Positions 1 through 10,129 of a stretch of 64,000 nt of DNA are shown in pieces (the first letter of the stretch is position 1; each line of letters opens with the position of its first letter). Origin of the DNA: Candidatus Latescibacterota bacterium (GTDB taxonomy: Bacteria; Latescibacterota; UBA2968; UBA8231); the NCBI GenBank assembly GCA_965206595.1, contig OZ242214.1:2688001-2752000 (forward strand). The letters are read 5' to 3'. The notes under the pieces are model-generated. The model searched no databases, had not been told where the DNA came from, and worked only from the letters and a program-made list of their open reading frames with translations. The position numbers were made by a program, and so were the translations under genes.

Positions 1-526
1 CGACCGGCAGAGGGGCAAGCGGTCCGTCGCAGTCGGCGGCTCCGAGGTCGGAAGGCAGGTCGAGGAGCACTGGCCCGGGGCGGCCGTCGAGCGCCAGAAA
101 CGAGGCCTCGCGCAGCATCCCGGGCGCGGCATCGGGACTCAGGGTGCCGCTGTACTTGACCACCGAGCCGAACAGCTCCTCGTGGGCGCACTGCTGCACG
201 AGCTCTCCCCGGGTCACCGTCGACGCGGAGGACTCGCACAGGCAGATGACCGGCGCCCGCTCGAAGTAGGCGTTGACGGCCCCGCCGGCGAGGTTTCCCG
301 CGCCCACCCCCTTCACCGACAGCGCCAGCCCCGCGGTCTCCTTCATCAGGCCGTTGCAGGCCCCCGCTATCCCCGCGGCCGACTCGTGCGCCACGGAGAC
401 GAACTCGACCCCGAGCCGGCGGCCGTACTCCATCAGGTCGAGAGGACAGCCACCCCCGGGAATCCCGAAGAAGTGGCGTATCCCCCTCTCCCGCGCTTCG
501 CTGATGATCAGTTCCGCAAGTTTCAC
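1..526 (-). CDS. Thiamine pyrophosphate-binding protein (acetolactate synthase-like), N-terminal part; runs off window
   Basis: Not in the ORF track. Hand translation from GTG at 526 (AGGAGG upstream) gives MKLAELIISEARERGIRHFFGIPGGG...FVSVAHESAAG...SVKGVGAGNLAGGAVNAYFERAPVI, matching TPP-enzyme N-domain motifs (FGxPG, HE, GxGxxN). Confidence 0.85.
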   Translation of the reverse strand, partial: MKLAELIISEARERGIRHFFGIPGGGCPLDLMEYGRRLGVEFVSVAHESAAGIAGACNGLMKETAGLALSVKGVGAGNLAGGAVNAYFERAPVICLCESSASTVTRGELVQQCAHEELFGSVVKYSGTLSPDAAPGMLREASFLALDGRPGPVLLDLPSDLGAADCDGPLAPLPV

Positions 527-646
527 GGCCGCTTCGACCTCCTGTCGTCCGGACTCTTGAGTATCCCTTTGCGAACCGGTAGGTTCGCCCCGCCCCGGCC
601 GGGGCGGAAGGCAGAATGTAGGATTGGAAGAAGGGGGATGTAACCT

Positions 647-1258
647 TTGGCGATGGACCCTGACCCAGCGGGGCTGCGGGTGGGCAATGACGTCGTCTAC
701 CGGCGCGACCCGCACATAGCCGCCCACCACCTGAAGCGGCGTTTCGTCGACCGGGTCTGCAGCGCCGGGGAGGCCGGCCGGGTGCGGGCGAGCCGGGAGC
801 CCGGCCTTCTGCTGTGGTCGCTGTGGGCGGCGAAGGAGGCGGCCTACAAGGCGGTCGTAAAACTACGGCCCGGCACCCCGTTCGCGCACCGGCGCTTCGT
901 CGTCGACGAGTCCCTCTCCGCGGTCCGCTACGAGGATCTGCAACTGTCGTTGGCGGTGGAAGCGAACGAGGAGCGGGTGCACGCGGTCGCCTGCACCGGT
1001 GAAGCCGACATCCTGTCGTCAGTGGAGCGGAAGGAAGACGGGGCGAGCCAGAAGGAAGCGGTCCGCGCCCTCGCTCTCGGGGCCGTGGCGGCGCGCTTCG
1101 ACCTGCCGCGAGACCGTCTCGATATCCTCCGCCGGCCGCTTGCCGAAGGCCGCCCCGGCCCTCCCGAGCTGCTCCTCGACGGCCTGGCAACCGGCGTCGA
1201 CATCAGCCTGTCGCACGACGGCCCGTTCGTCGCCTGTGCCGCGGTCTGCCGCGGCTAG
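647..1258 (+). CDS. 4'-phosphopantetheinyl transferase
   Basis: [15 protein letters not shown] and SLSHDG motifs; lies beside an ACP-containing cluster. Confidence 0.9.
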   Translation: MAMDPDPAGLRVGNDVVYRRDPHIAAHHLKRRFVDRVCSAGEAGRVRASREPGLLLWSLWAAKEAAYKAVVKLRPGTPFAHRRFVVDESLSAVRYEDLQLSLAVEANEERVHAVACTGEADILSSVERKEDGASQKEAVRALALGAVAARFDLPRDRLDILRRPLAEGRPGPPELLLDGLATGVDISLSHDGPFVACAAVCRG

Positions 1259-2343
1259 TGTCCTGTCGCAGAGATTCGTTCACAAAGTCTCTTGATTTTG
1301 GCGAGGATGGAATCCGCCGTAGCCGTCCAGACGAAAGGGTGTGCGTTGGCGTTCCATTTGGCCGTGTAGCGTTCGATTCGCTCGATGAGCTCCGACACCT
1401 TGCGGAACGAATCGCGCCGAACCGCCTGGCGGGTGAGGATATTGAACCAGATCTCCACCTGATTGAGCCACGAAGCATACGTGGGAGTGTAGTGAAGGTG
1501 AAATCGGGGACGCCGTGCCAGCCATCGCTTGACCTTGGCATGCTTATGCGTGGCGTAGTTGTCGACGACGAGATGAATATCGAGGTCAGCGGGCACGTTG
1601 GCCTCGATGTGGCGCAGGAACTGGAGGAACTCCTGGTGACGATGACGGGGCTTGCACTGGGTCATCACTTCCCCGGTGGCGATGTCCAGGGCGGCAAACA
1701 GGGTGGTGGTGCCGTGCCGCTTGTAGTCGTGCGTAATCCCTTCCACGTATCCCAGTCCCAGGGGCAGCATGGGCTGACTTCGTTCCAACGCCTGGATCTG
1801 GCTCTTCTCGTCCACGCACAGCACCAGGGCGTGCTCGGGGGGATTCAGGTATAAGCCGACGATATCCCGTACTTTGTCGACAAAGAAAGGATCGGTGGAA
1901 AGCTTGAAGCGCTTGTGTCGATGGGGCTGCAAACCATACGTGCGCCAAATGCGATGAACCGCGTCCTTGGTCAGGCCGGTTTCTTCGCCCATGGAGCGCA
2001 CCGACCACTGTGTTTCGTCTTTGGGCTTGGTCTTCAGGGTCTTGTATACCACCTCGGCTACCTGCTCGTCCGTGATCGATCGCGGCGCCCCTGAACGTAG
2101 TTCATCATACAAGCCATTGAGTCCGTTGTCGAGAAAACGCCGGCGCCATTTGCCCACCGTAGCTCGCGTCACACCCACCGCGGAAGCGACCGCTTCATTG
2201 GGCCAGCCATCGGCGGCCAGCAGCACCATCTCGGCTCGCCGCACCAATCCGTGGGGAAGACTTCGTGATTTGGCCATCGATTCCAGTCGTTCCCGGTCCG
2301 ACGGACTCAGCTCTAACGGCGTTAATGGACGCCCCGTCACCAT
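1255..2343 (-). CDS. IS630 transposase
   Basis: N-terminal HTH; DDE motifs [29 protein letters not shown]. Confidence 0.95.
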   Translation of the reverse strand: MVTGRPLTPLELSPSDRERLESMAKSRSLPHGLVRRAEMVLLAADGWPNEAVASAVGVTRATVGKWRRRFLDNGLNGLYDELRSGAPRSITDEQVAEVVYKTLKTKPKDETQWSVRSMGEETGLTKDAVHRIWRTYGLQPHRHKRFKLSTDPFFVDKVRDIVGLYLNPPEHALVLCVDEKSQIQALERSQPMLPLGLGYVEGITHDYKRHGTTTLFAALDIATGEVMTQCKPRHRHQEFLQFLRHIEANVPADLDIHLVVDNYATHKHAKVKRWLARRPRFHLHYTPTYASWLNQVEIWFNILTRQAVRRDSFRKVSELIERIERYTAKWNANAHPFVWTATADSILAKIKRLCERISATGH

Positions 2344-2424
2344 AGGTCTCTCCTTTCAGAAGGGGGATAAGGGAAACCTACGGCACTTTCAATTGTTTGT
2401 ACAGTTAATTACACGACATGACAC
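1258..2424 (-). mobile_element. IS630-family insertion sequence, apparently intact
   Basis: TA at 1256-1257 and 2425-2426, both in CTAG context. Imperfect terminal IRs GTGTCCTGTCG / GTGTCATGTCG. Full-length transposase inside. Confidence 0.92.
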
Positions 2425-2433
2425 TAGTGCCTC

Positions 2434-3255
2434 TCAGTCCCTGGTCAGCCGCTCCCGCTCCAGACGCTCGATCTCGCCGAGCCGGGCAACTTCCTTCAGG
2501 ACCTTGCGTCCCACCTGCACCTGGTTGCGGAACAGCCTCGGGTCGACCCCGTCGAACTCCGCCATGTCGACCGGGTCCCCGTACACGACGATCACGGGCC
2601 GGGCGCGTCCGAAGTTCCGGCGCGCTTCCTCCGCCGGGTTGTCGCTCAGGCCGTTGATGAAAATCGGGATGACGATCGGGCGGGCGTGCAGGACGACGCG
2701 GCCGAACCCCGGCTCGGCAGGCAGCAGCTCGTAGGGATCTTCGTTCTTGTTGCGCGTTCCCTCCGGGTGGATGCCGACCAGGGTCCGCGGCGACTTCAGG
2801 CGCTCGGCGAGGAAGTCGAGCCCTGCCCGCGTCACCCCCCGCTTGTGGCGCGGCCGGAAGATCGGCGGGAACATCGACATGGTGCTGAAGGCGAGGTTGG
2901 AGAGGATCCCCGGCACCGTGTCGTACAGGAATGCCGAGCGCACCGGGAAGAAGAACTGGTCCCAGTGCACGACGTGTCGGTACAGGTAGCTGGCGATGAT
3001 GTACTGGTCGAAGTAGGTGCGGTGGTTGGAGGCGATCAGGACGCCCCGGTCGGGACGCAGGCCGACCACCTTGTCCATGCCGACGAGGTGGATGCGACGG
3101 CTGGTCAGCAGGGTGACGAAGTGCCGGTGGACGTTTCTGTTGATCCAGTGGGTGGCGGTGCGGAGGCGCGGGGATTCGTTGATCCAGCTCGCGAACGCCA
3201 GGGCCGTGCGCTCTACCCGGGTGAGGGTGGCCAGATCCTCGGGGGGTATCTCCAT
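2434..3255 (-). CDS. Lysophospholipid / 1-acyl-sn-glycerol-3-phosphate acyltransferase (PlsC family)
   Basis: NHRTYFD (HxxxxD) and HPEGTR motifs. Confidence 0.88.
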   Translation of the reverse strand: MEIPPEDLATLTRVERTALAFASWINESPRLRTATHWINRNVHRHFVTLLTSRRIHLVGMDKVVGLRPDRGVLIASNHRTYFDQYIIASYLYRHVVHWDQFFFPVRSAFLYDTVPGILSNLAFSTMSMFPPIFRPRHKRGVTRAGLDFLAERLKSPRTLVGIHPEGTRNKNEDPYELLPAEPGFGRVVLHARPIVIPIFINGLSDNPAEEARRNFGRARPVIVVYGDPVDMAEFDGVDPRLFRNQVQVGRKVLKEVARLGEIERLERERLTRD

Positions 3256-3312
3256 GAAGTCACGGCAGAACGGCGGTGAGGCGGGGGGGAGTCCGCCTCG
3301 CGGCTTCGGGTA

Positions 3313-3558
3313 TCAGCTGGTCGTGGCGATCAGGTTGACGGCATCCCCGACGGTCGTCACCTGGTCGGCGGCGTCGTCGGAGATCTCGATGTCGAAGCCG
3401 TCCTCGATTTCGAGAACGATGTCGACCAGCCTCGCGGAGTTGACCTCGAGATCTTCCTGAATCGAGGTCTCCATGGTGACGTTCGAGAGCGCTTCCTCGT
3501 TCTTGGCGAACGGGGTCAGTATCTCGACGATTCTTTTGAAAACTTCCTGCGTGTCCAT
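3313..3558 (-). CDS. Acyl carrier protein
   Basis: 81-aa acidic protein from ATG 3558. DLEVNSARLVDIVLEIEDGFDIEI has NS in place of the usual DS at the phosphopantetheine serine. Confidence 0.92.
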   Translation of the reverse strand: MDTQEVFKRIVEILTPFAKNEEALSNVTMETSIQEDLEVNSARLVDIVLEIEDGFDIEISDDAADQVTTVGDAVNLIATTS

Positions 3559-3708
3559 TGCAGCGATCCTTTTATCCGTTTCTTTGGCGGTGACGGCCGG
3601 ACCGCGACAGAGCCGATCCGGTTCTGCATCGCTTTCGGTGCGGCCGGCATCGCCGGCAAATTTTGCGGCCTTTCCCAAGCGGGTATCACCGCAGGCCCAC
3701 ATATAAAG

Positions 3709-4989
3709 TTACGGGATTTTTCGGAAAATCACACAGCCGTTCACGTCTCCGAAGCCGAAGCTGGCCTTGGCGACCGCCTTCAGGCCGGGGAGGTCGACGC
3801 ACTCGTGGGGTATGCGGCCGGCGTAGGCTTCGAGATCGGGGTGCAGGTCTTCGCAGTTGATGGAGGGGTGAACGAAGCCGTGGTGGAGCTCGAGGACCGA
3901 GGCGACGCACTCGATCCCGCCGGCGGCCCCGAGGGCGTGTCCTATCAGCGACTTGGTCGAATGGATGTAGGGCATGTCCGCAGGGTCGAGCCGCAGCGCC
4001 CGTGACCAGTTCCCGACCTCGTGCGGGTCGGCGAAGGTGGCGGTGAGGTGGCCGTTGATCGCGCCGATCTCGCCGGGGTCGAGCCCCGACATCTCCAGGG
4101 CGCCGCGCAGGCAGCGCTCGACGCTGTTGGGGTTGGGGGCGGTCATGCTGCCCCCTTGGCGATGGCCGCCGCAGTTGAGGAAGACGCCGGCCACCTCGGC
4201 GTAGATGCGGGCGCCCCGCTCGCGGGCGGACTCCATCTCTTCGAGCATCAGCATGCCGGCCCCCGACCCGGGGATGAAGCCGGCGGCGCTGGCGCTCATC
4301 GGCCGCGACGCCGCTTCCGGGTCGTCGTTGCTGTTGCGGTTGAGGACGCGCATGGCGTCGAACCCGGCCCATATATAATGGCTGTGGCCCTCCGAGCCCC
4401 CGGCGAGCATGCGCCTGGCCAGCCCGTCCCTGATGCGGTAGTAGGCCTGCACGACCGCCTCGGTGCCGGTGTTGCAGGCGCTCGAGTTGGTGCTCACCTG
4501 GTTGCCGAGGGCGAGCTTGCCGGCGATGCGGGCGCTGTTGCCGCTCGACATGATCTGCTCGACCATGGTACTGCCGAGCCGCCTCACCCGCCCCGCCTGC
4601 GTCTTCGGCGCCAGGGTTTCGGCGATGGTGTCGATGCCCCCGATCCCGGTGCCGATGATGCCCCCGGTGTCCCAGTCGGGCTCGTCGCCGCCTCCGCGCA
4701 TCTCCAGGCCGGCGTCGTTCCAAGCGTCGATGGCGGCGATCGCCGCGAACACCATGTTGGCGTTCATCGCGAACAGCTCTTCCTCGCTCAGGTAGGCGGC
4801 CTGCAGCTCCTCGACGCCGTCGGGGATGCCGCCGACCTGGCAGCCGAACTTCAGCTCGGCGAGCTGCTCGTGAAAGCCGATCCCGCTGCGGCCCCGGCGC
4901 AGGGCCTCGGCGAACTGCTCGAGACCGTGGCCGTTGGGCGCCAGCACTCCCAGGCCGGTGACAACGACCCTGGTGTCATTTCCGTTCAC
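3709..4989 (-). CDS. Beta-ketoacyl-ACP synthase (FabF/FabB-like)
   Basis: VVVTGLG, SSACNT (Cys), NGHLTAT (His), KSLIGHALGAAG (His), SFGFG. Confidence 0.93.
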   Translation of the reverse strand: MNGNDTRVVVTGLGVLAPNGHGLEQFAEALRRGRSGIGFHEQLAELKFGCQVGGIPDGVEELQAAYLSEEELFAMNANMVFAAIAAIDAWNDAGLEMRGGGDEPDWDTGGIIGTGIGGIDTIAETLAPKTQAGRVRRLGSTMVEQIMSSGNSARIAGKLALGNQVSTNSSACNTGTEAVVQAYYRIRDGLARRMLAGGSEGHSHYIWAGFDAMRVLNRNSNDDPEAASRPMSASAAGFIPGSGAGMLMLEEMESARERGARIYAEVAGVFLNCGGHRQGGSMTAPNPNSVERCLRGALEMSGLDPGEIGAINGHLTATFADPHEVGNWSRALRLDPADMPYIHSTKSLIGHALGAAGGIECVASVLELHHGFVHPSINCEDLHPDLEAYAGRIPHECVDLPGLKAVAKASFGFGDVNGCVIFRKIP

Positions 4990-5434
4990 GGGGCACTCCC
5001 ATTCCCGAAACGGTCCCGCCGGCGACCCAGGTGCCGTCGGCGAGCCTCAGTTCCACTTTCGATTTCAGTTTCCGGCGCCTCCAGAACAGCTTCTCCGCGG
5101 TGATGCGCACCGTGGCTCCGGGCGGGACTACCCGGGCGAACTCCACCTCGGCGTCGGTGAACAGGCTGATGGTCCCGGCGACCTCCTCCTCGGGAACCTC
5201 CATGCCGAGCAGGTGGATCCCCAAAGCGACCAGCCCGGTCTGGCACATCGCCTCGATCAGGATCACTCCCGGGGTCACCGGGTTGCCGGGGAAGTGGCCC
5301 TCGTAAAAAGTCTCGTCCTCGCGGAAGGTGTACTCGCCGACCGCGGTCGACTCCCCGAGCTCGACGAGGCGGTCGATGAAGCGGAACGGCCGCTGCTGCG
5401 GGATCAGGGCAAGCACTTGCTCCGGGGTCAGCAT
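4976..5434 (-). CDS. 3-hydroxyacyl-ACP dehydratase (FabZ-like)
   Basis: Real CDS is the last ~152 aa of the 4976..8236 ORF, starting at ATG 5434 (TGATG overlap with upstream gene). LIPQQRPFRFID and GHFPGNPVTPGVILIEAMCQ. Confidence 0.9.
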   Translation of the reverse strand: MLTPEQVLALIPQQRPFRFIDRLVELGESTAVGEYTFREDETFYEGHFPGNPVTPGVILIEAMCQTGLVALGIHLLGMEVPEEEVAGTISLFTDAEVEFARVVPPGATVRITAEKLFWRRRKLKSKVELRLADGTWVAGGTVSGMGVPRERK

Positions 5435-6027
5435 CAGGCGCTCCGGTCCATGATGCCGCCGACGCTGTTCGGCGAGCGCTCCGGGTAGTCCGGGTAGCCG
5501 ATCCCGAGGAACGTGCCGACCTTGGCGTCCTTGACGGTGTAGATGTGCTCGCCGTCGACGAGCACCCGGGCGCTGCCGATCGCCACCGCGGAACCGGACT
5601 CCTTCAGCTGCGAGAAGCGGCGGATGTCGACCTCGTAGCGCACCACCTCGTTGTAGGGCCGGATCTGGCCGGCGAACTCGACCTCCTTGCAGCCGAGGGC
5701 CCGCCCCGAGCCGGGGGCGCCGTTGGCGGCTATGTAGAGCCCGACGAGCTGCCAGATCGCGTCGACTCCGAGGCACCCCGGCTGCACCGGGTCGCCGCGA
5801 AAATGACAGTGAAAGAACCAGTCTGCGACGCCGATGTCCTGTTCCCCGACGATGCGCCCGCGCGGCCCCCGGCGGTGCAGCTCGACGACGCGCGAGATCA
5901 TCAGCATCGGCGGCGCCGGCAGGCGGATGAATTCGTCCGGCGGATCCTCGACCAGGGTGCCCTGCGAGATGCCGAGCAGCTCCTCGGAGGTGAAGTGGCC
6001 GCGCTCTGTGAACTCGGAGTAGAGCAT
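5434..6027 (-). CDS. fabA: 3-hydroxyacyl-ACP dehydratase/isomerase FabA-like
   Basis: LPAPPMLM, WFFHCHFRGDPVQPGCLGVDAIWQLVG (His/Asp dyad as in FabA), GRALG, FAGQI. Confidence 0.88.
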   Translation of the reverse strand: MLYSEFTERGHFTSEELLGISQGTLVEDPPDEFIRLPAPPMLMISRVVELHRRGPRGRIVGEQDIGVADWFFHCHFRGDPVQPGCLGVDAIWQLVGLYIAANGAPGSGRALGCKEVEFAGQIRPYNEVVRYEVDIRRFSQLKESGSAVAIGSARVLVDGEHIYTVKDAKVGTFLGIGYPDYPERSPNSVGGIMDRSA

Positions 6028-6030
6028 GGC

Positions 6031-7026
6031 TCAGGAGACCTCGATGCGCAGGCTCGACCACGTCAGCCCGGAACCGACGACGGCGAGGATGAGGCTGTCG
6101 CCGGAGGCCAGCTCGTCCCAGCGCTGGGAGAGGACAACCGGGGCCCCGGCGGCGCCGGTGTTGCCGAACTCGGCGACGTTGTGCCAGTGGGACTCGCCAT
6201 CGAGGCCGGCCCGCCTGGCGACCCCCTGCAGCATCAGCAGGTTGGCCTGGTGGCCTATGAACCGCAGGGTCCCGCCCGCGGCCTCGGCGTGCCCGCAAGC
6301 CTCGGGAAGCATCTCCCTGACCAGGGAGATCGTCGTCTTGATGGCGAAGCGCTGCACCGCGTTCCCCTCCTGGAAGAAGTGGCCGTGGCGCGGGATGCGG
6401 ACCGCGTCCCAGCGCTTGGAGTCGGCCCCCAAAGTGCTGGCGACCACCCGGACCGGGGCCGCCTCCCGGGAGGAGAGGACCGCGGCGCTGGTGCCGTCCC
6501 CCCAGAGCACGGCGTTGGCGCGGTCGGAGTAGTCGATCGCCCGCGTCGTGTTCTCGGGGTTGACGACGAGGACGAAGCGCGGCAGCGCCTCCATCGAGCT
6601 CAGCATGTGCAGCTGGGCCCCGAAGCTGCAGCAGGCGGAGTTGATGTCGATCCCGGGGGCGTCGATATCCGCGGCCGCGGCGATGCGGCTGGCGTCGGCC
6701 GGGATCGCCATGTCGGGATAGCACCCCCCGGATACCACCAGGCCGATATCGGCGGCGGCGACGCCGGCGCGCTCGAGAGCCATGGCCGCGGCCCGGGCCG
6801 CGGTGGCGGCGTTGTCGTACAGGGCCGCCTCCTCGGCGCCGCGGGGGTCCCGGTTGTGCGTGCTGCGGATGTAGTCGAGGGGCAGCACCGTGCGCCGCCG
6901 GCGAATCCCCACGCGCTCGAGGATCCACTCGTCGCTGGTACCGATGTCGAGGTCCTCGAGAAAGCCGTTGTCGATGACGTTCTCGGGATGGAAGTGACCC
7001 ATGCCGTGGAGGTATAGGGAAGCCAA
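6031..7026 (-). CDS. 3-oxoacyl-ACP synthase III (FabH-like)
   Basis: TSDEWILERVGI, DINSACCSF, WGDG, GHQAN, FGNTGAA (Cys-His-Asn triad). Confidence 0.92.
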   Translation of the reverse strand: MASLYLHGMGHFHPENVIDNGFLEDLDIGTSDEWILERVGIRRRRTVLPLDYIRSTHNRDPRGAEEAALYDNAATAARAAAMALERAGVAAADIGLVVSGGCYPDMAIPADASRIAAAADIDAPGIDINSACCSFGAQLHMLSSMEALPRFVLVVNPENTTRAIDYSDRANAVLWGDGTSAAVLSSREAAPVRVVASTLGADSKRWDAVRIPRHGHFFQEGNAVQRFAIKTTISLVREMLPEACGHAEAAGGTLRFIGHQANLLMLQGVARRAGLDGESHWHNVAEFGNTGAAGAPVVLSQRWDELASGDSLILAVVGSGLTWSSLRIEVS

Positions 7027-7029
7027 CGA

Positions 7030-7989
7030 TTAGCCCGCGATATGCTCGCCGCCGTCGGCACGGACGATGGTGCCGTTGATCCAGCGCGCCTCGTCCGTGC
7101 TCAGCAGGAAGATGACGTCCGCCACCTCCGCGGCCGTGGTCAGCCGCCCGAAGGGATTGCGCAGGGCCGCGGCGGCTTTCAGGTGGTCGCTGCCGGGAAT
7201 CAGCCGCAGGGCGGCCGAGTCGGTCACTCCCGCCTGAACGACGTTGGAGCGGATTCCGTGGGGGGCGTACTCCGCGGCGATGGCGCGGCTCACCGACTCG
7301 AGCGCCACCTTGGCCGCGGCCACCGCGGCGTACCCGCGCCAGGCGACCTCGTTCCCCTCGCTCGTCATCGCCAGCACGCGCGCGTCCCCGGCGAACAGTC
7401 CCGCGCCCGCGGCGAACACCTCCCGGGTCCAGGTCGCCAGGCTCGTGCCCATGCTGTACACGGTGCGCTCGAAATCCTCGTCCTCGAGCACGGCCTTCGC
7501 GTCGTACGGGGGCGGGTTGGCGAGATGGACGAGGCTCCTGGCATCGTCGCTCGAGAAAGCCGCATTCACGGCCTCGGCGAGCCGCTCCGGGTCGACGCCT
7601 AGCTTTTCGGCCAGCAGCCCGCGGTCCCGGGCCCCGGTTTCTCCGAAGGACTCGGTGAGGGGCGCCATGAGCCGCAGGTTGCCGAAGGCTATCGAGTGCA
7701 GCATGGTGCGCACGCGGCCGCGGTCGCCGAGGCGCTCCACGAGGGCGCCGATCACGGTCTGGCGCCCTTCCTGCGACAGGGCGTCGAGGTTGAAGGAGAG
7801 GAAGTCCCCCTCGAAGCGGCGGATCGCATCGAACTCCGGCTCGATCCCCTTCATGGCGCCGCGCCGGTCGCGGTGGACGACGGCGACACTCATCCCGTGG
7901 CGGGCGAGCTTCCTGGCGGCGGCGAGGCCGAAGCCGCTGGAGCCCCCGAGGATCAGCGCCCACTGGTCGGTGTCGAAACGAATGCTCAA
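7030..7989 (-). CDS. SDR oxidoreductase, enoyl-ACP reductase (FabL/FabI-like)
   Basis: LGGSSGFG, YAAVAAAK (Yx6K as in enoyl reductases), WINGTIVRADGG. Confidence 0.8.
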   Translation of the reverse strand: MSIRFDTDQWALILGGSSGFGLAAARKLARHGMSVAVVHRDRRGAMKGIEPEFDAIRRFEGDFLSFNLDALSQEGRQTVIGALVERLGDRGRVRTMLHSIAFGNLRLMAPLTESFGETGARDRGLLAEKLGVDPERLAEAVNAAFSSDDARSLVHLANPPPYDAKAVLEDEDFERTVYSMGTSLATWTREVFAAGAGLFAGDARVLAMTSEGNEVAWRGYAAVAAAKVALESVSRAIAAEYAPHGIRSNVVQAGVTDSAALRLIPGSDHLKAAAALRNPFGRLTTAAEVADVIFLLSTDEARWINGTIVRADGGEHIAG

Positions 7990-8189
7990 AACGGGTTGAG
8001 ATTCTCTCTGGCAGGTGTGAATTGAAAGGGAGAAATCTGTGGGACCAGGGGGCGACTGTCAAAGCCCGGATCGCCTGTCCTCGTCTGCTTCCACCGGTGG
8101 CCGGACATTGCACCCTCGCCCGGCATGCCGGAATATTGATCCGCTTTTCCGCTGCCGCCGGAGGCAGTGGTCGCCCTTGGGAAGAGACC

Positions 8190-9197
8190 ATGAAAATCAC
8201 CCGCATCGAGCAGTTCATCACCGCGGTCCCCCACATACCCGAAATCGAGAAGAGCCGCCCGGGAGACTACCGCGAGCGGCCGATCCCCATCATCAGGGTG
8301 CATACCGACGAGGGGATTCACGGCATCGGCGAAGGGGGCCGCGGCGACAGGTTGGAGAACGTGGAAGAGTGGCTCGGGGTCGATCCGCTGAGCCTCAACC
8401 TGACGACGATGGGGGGCGCCATCGCCATGGCGATGTTCGACATCGTCGGCAAGGCCCTCGGGGTGCCGGCCAACAAGCTGATGGGGAGCAGACACTGGGA
8501 CGAGGTCCCGGTCGGCTGGTGGTCCCCCCCGCTCGAGCCGGCCGAGTTCGCCGCCATGGCCGAGACCGGTGTCCGGCTCGGCTACAAGACCCACAAGCTC
8601 AAGGCGCGGCCCTGGAACATCGTCGAGACCGTCGAGCTGATGACCGCGGCCGCGGGTCCCGACTACGGCATCATCGTCGATCCCAACATGACCTTCGAAA
8701 CCCTGCAGGCGACCCTGCGCATCGCCGGCAAGCTGGAGCGCTACAACATCCAGGCATTCGAAGACCCCTTCCCACGGCTTCCCGGGTGGCACCAGTACCG
8801 CGACTTCCGCCGCCACTCCACCATCCCGCTGGCACCCCACATCGCCGATCCCCAGCTGATCATGAGCGCCATCCGGGCGGAGGCGGCCGACATGTTCAAC
8901 ACCGCCGGCGAGGTCGAGCGCGCCAAGGGGAACGCCGCCATCGCCGAGGCCGCGGGCATGCCGGTCTGGCTGCAGGTGGTCGGCCTCGGACTGGGGGTCT
9001 CGGGAGCCTACGGAACGCACGTGCACTCGGTGATCCCGAACGCGACGATCCCTTCCGACAGCCTGCACTTCACGCGCGAGAACGACCTGATCTCCGGCGC
9101 CCTGACGCCAGAGAACGGGCTCGTCAAGGTCCCCGACACCCCCGGCCTGGGGGTCGAGCTCGACATGGACGCAGTCGAGAAGTACCGCGTCGGCTAA
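8190..9197 (+). CDS. Mandelate racemase/muconate lactonizing enzyme family protein
   Basis: MKITRIE, VHTDEGIHGIGE, KLK, VDPN, FEDP, PGLGVELD; start placed at ATG 8190. Confidence 0.88.
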   Translation: MKITRIEQFITAVPHIPEIEKSRPGDYRERPIPIIRVHTDEGIHGIGEGGRGDRLENVEEWLGVDPLSLNLTTMGGAIAMAMFDIVGKALGVPANKLMGSRHWDEVPVGWWSPPLEPAEFAAMAETGVRLGYKTHKLKARPWNIVETVELMTAAAGPDYGIIVDPNMTFETLQATLRIAGKLERYNIQAFEDPFPRLPGWHQYRDFRRHSTIPLAPHIADPQLIMSAIRAEAADMFNTAGEVERAKGNAAIAEAAGMPVWLQVVGLGLGVSGAYGTHVHSVIPNATIPSDSLHFTRENDLISGALTPENGLVKVPDTPGLGVELDMDAVEKYRVG

Positions 9198-9334
9198 GAG
9201 CAAGGAATCCGCGGCGACGAAATCGGGGAAACGGGAAAACCGAGGCGGATCCCCGACTGCTGAAGACGGACCCCGTCTCGACAATTTGCCCCGCGACGTA
9301 AACACGGACGACAGGAGCCGGTAACAGGACGCCG

Positions 9335-10129
9335 ATGGATGAAATGCAGAAATACCTGTTCGACCTCAACGGCTACCTCGTCGTCGAGGACGTGCTGAAC
9401 GCCGCGGAGCTCGCCGTCCTCAACGGCATCGTCGACGGCCGCGAGCTCCCTGCCGATTCCCGCCTTGTCTCCTACGCGGGAGGCCGGCACACCTGCCCCG
9501 GATTCCTCGAATGGGGGCAGCCGTTCGTCGACCTCCTCGACCACCCCGCCGTCATGCCGGTCCTGCGCTTCCGCCTCGGGGACTGCTTCCGGCTCGACAG
9601 GCTCTACAGCATTGTCACGAGCCCCGGGCAGCCGATGGGAAAGTTGCATTCCGACTACGGCGCCTCGTCGCCGCTGGCCGGTTCGGTTCCCGGCGAGTAC
9701 TACCCCTTCCCTCTCAACGAGATTCACAGCGGCTTCGTCGTGGTCTCCTGGAACCTCACCGATTCCGGGCCCGGTCGCGGCGGTTTCTGCTGCCTTCCCG
9801 GCAGCCACAAGAGCAACTACCGGCTGCCGGGACAGATCGCCGAGGAGGGGGAGGACTCCCCCCACGTCGTCGTCCCCGAGGCACCGGCCGGATCGGTCAC
9901 CCTGTTCACCGAGGCCCTCACCCACGGAACCTCGGCCTGGCGCGGCCCCCACCAGCGCCGCACCCTGCTGTTCAAGTACTGCGTGTCGCAGATGGCATGG
10001 GGAAGCGGCCGTGTCCGGCCCCCTGACGGCTGCCCACTGACCGCGCGCCAGCAGCAGCTGCTGGCCGAACCCGCGGAGCCGTACCGGTTCTTCCCGTCCC
10101 TGTTCGAGGTGGAGGAAACAAGCGCATGA
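9335..10129 (+). CDS. Phytanoyl-CoA dioxygenase (PhyH) family protein
   Basis: FDLNGYL, LHSD, PGSHK, EALTHG, RR motifs. Confidence 0.88.
   Translation: MDEMQKYLFDLNGYLVVEDVLNAAELAVLNGIVDGRELPADSRLVSYAGGRHTCPGFLEWGQPFVDLLDHPAVMPVLRFRLGDCFRLDRLYSIVTSPGQPMGKLHSDYGASSPLAGSVPGEYYPFPLNEIHSGFVVVSWNLTDSGPGRGGFCCLPGSHKSNYRLPGQIAEEGEDSPHVVVPEAPAGSVTLFTEALTHGTSAWRGPHQRRTLLFKYCVSQMAWGSGRVRPPDGCPLTARQQQLLAEPAEPYRFFPSLFEVEETSA

Noticed and set aside
4976-8236. 1086-aa ORF as a large PKS/FAS protein
   Set aside because: An Arg/Pro/Gly-rich off-frame read-through over real genes; only the last ~152 aa (FabZ-like) are genuine.
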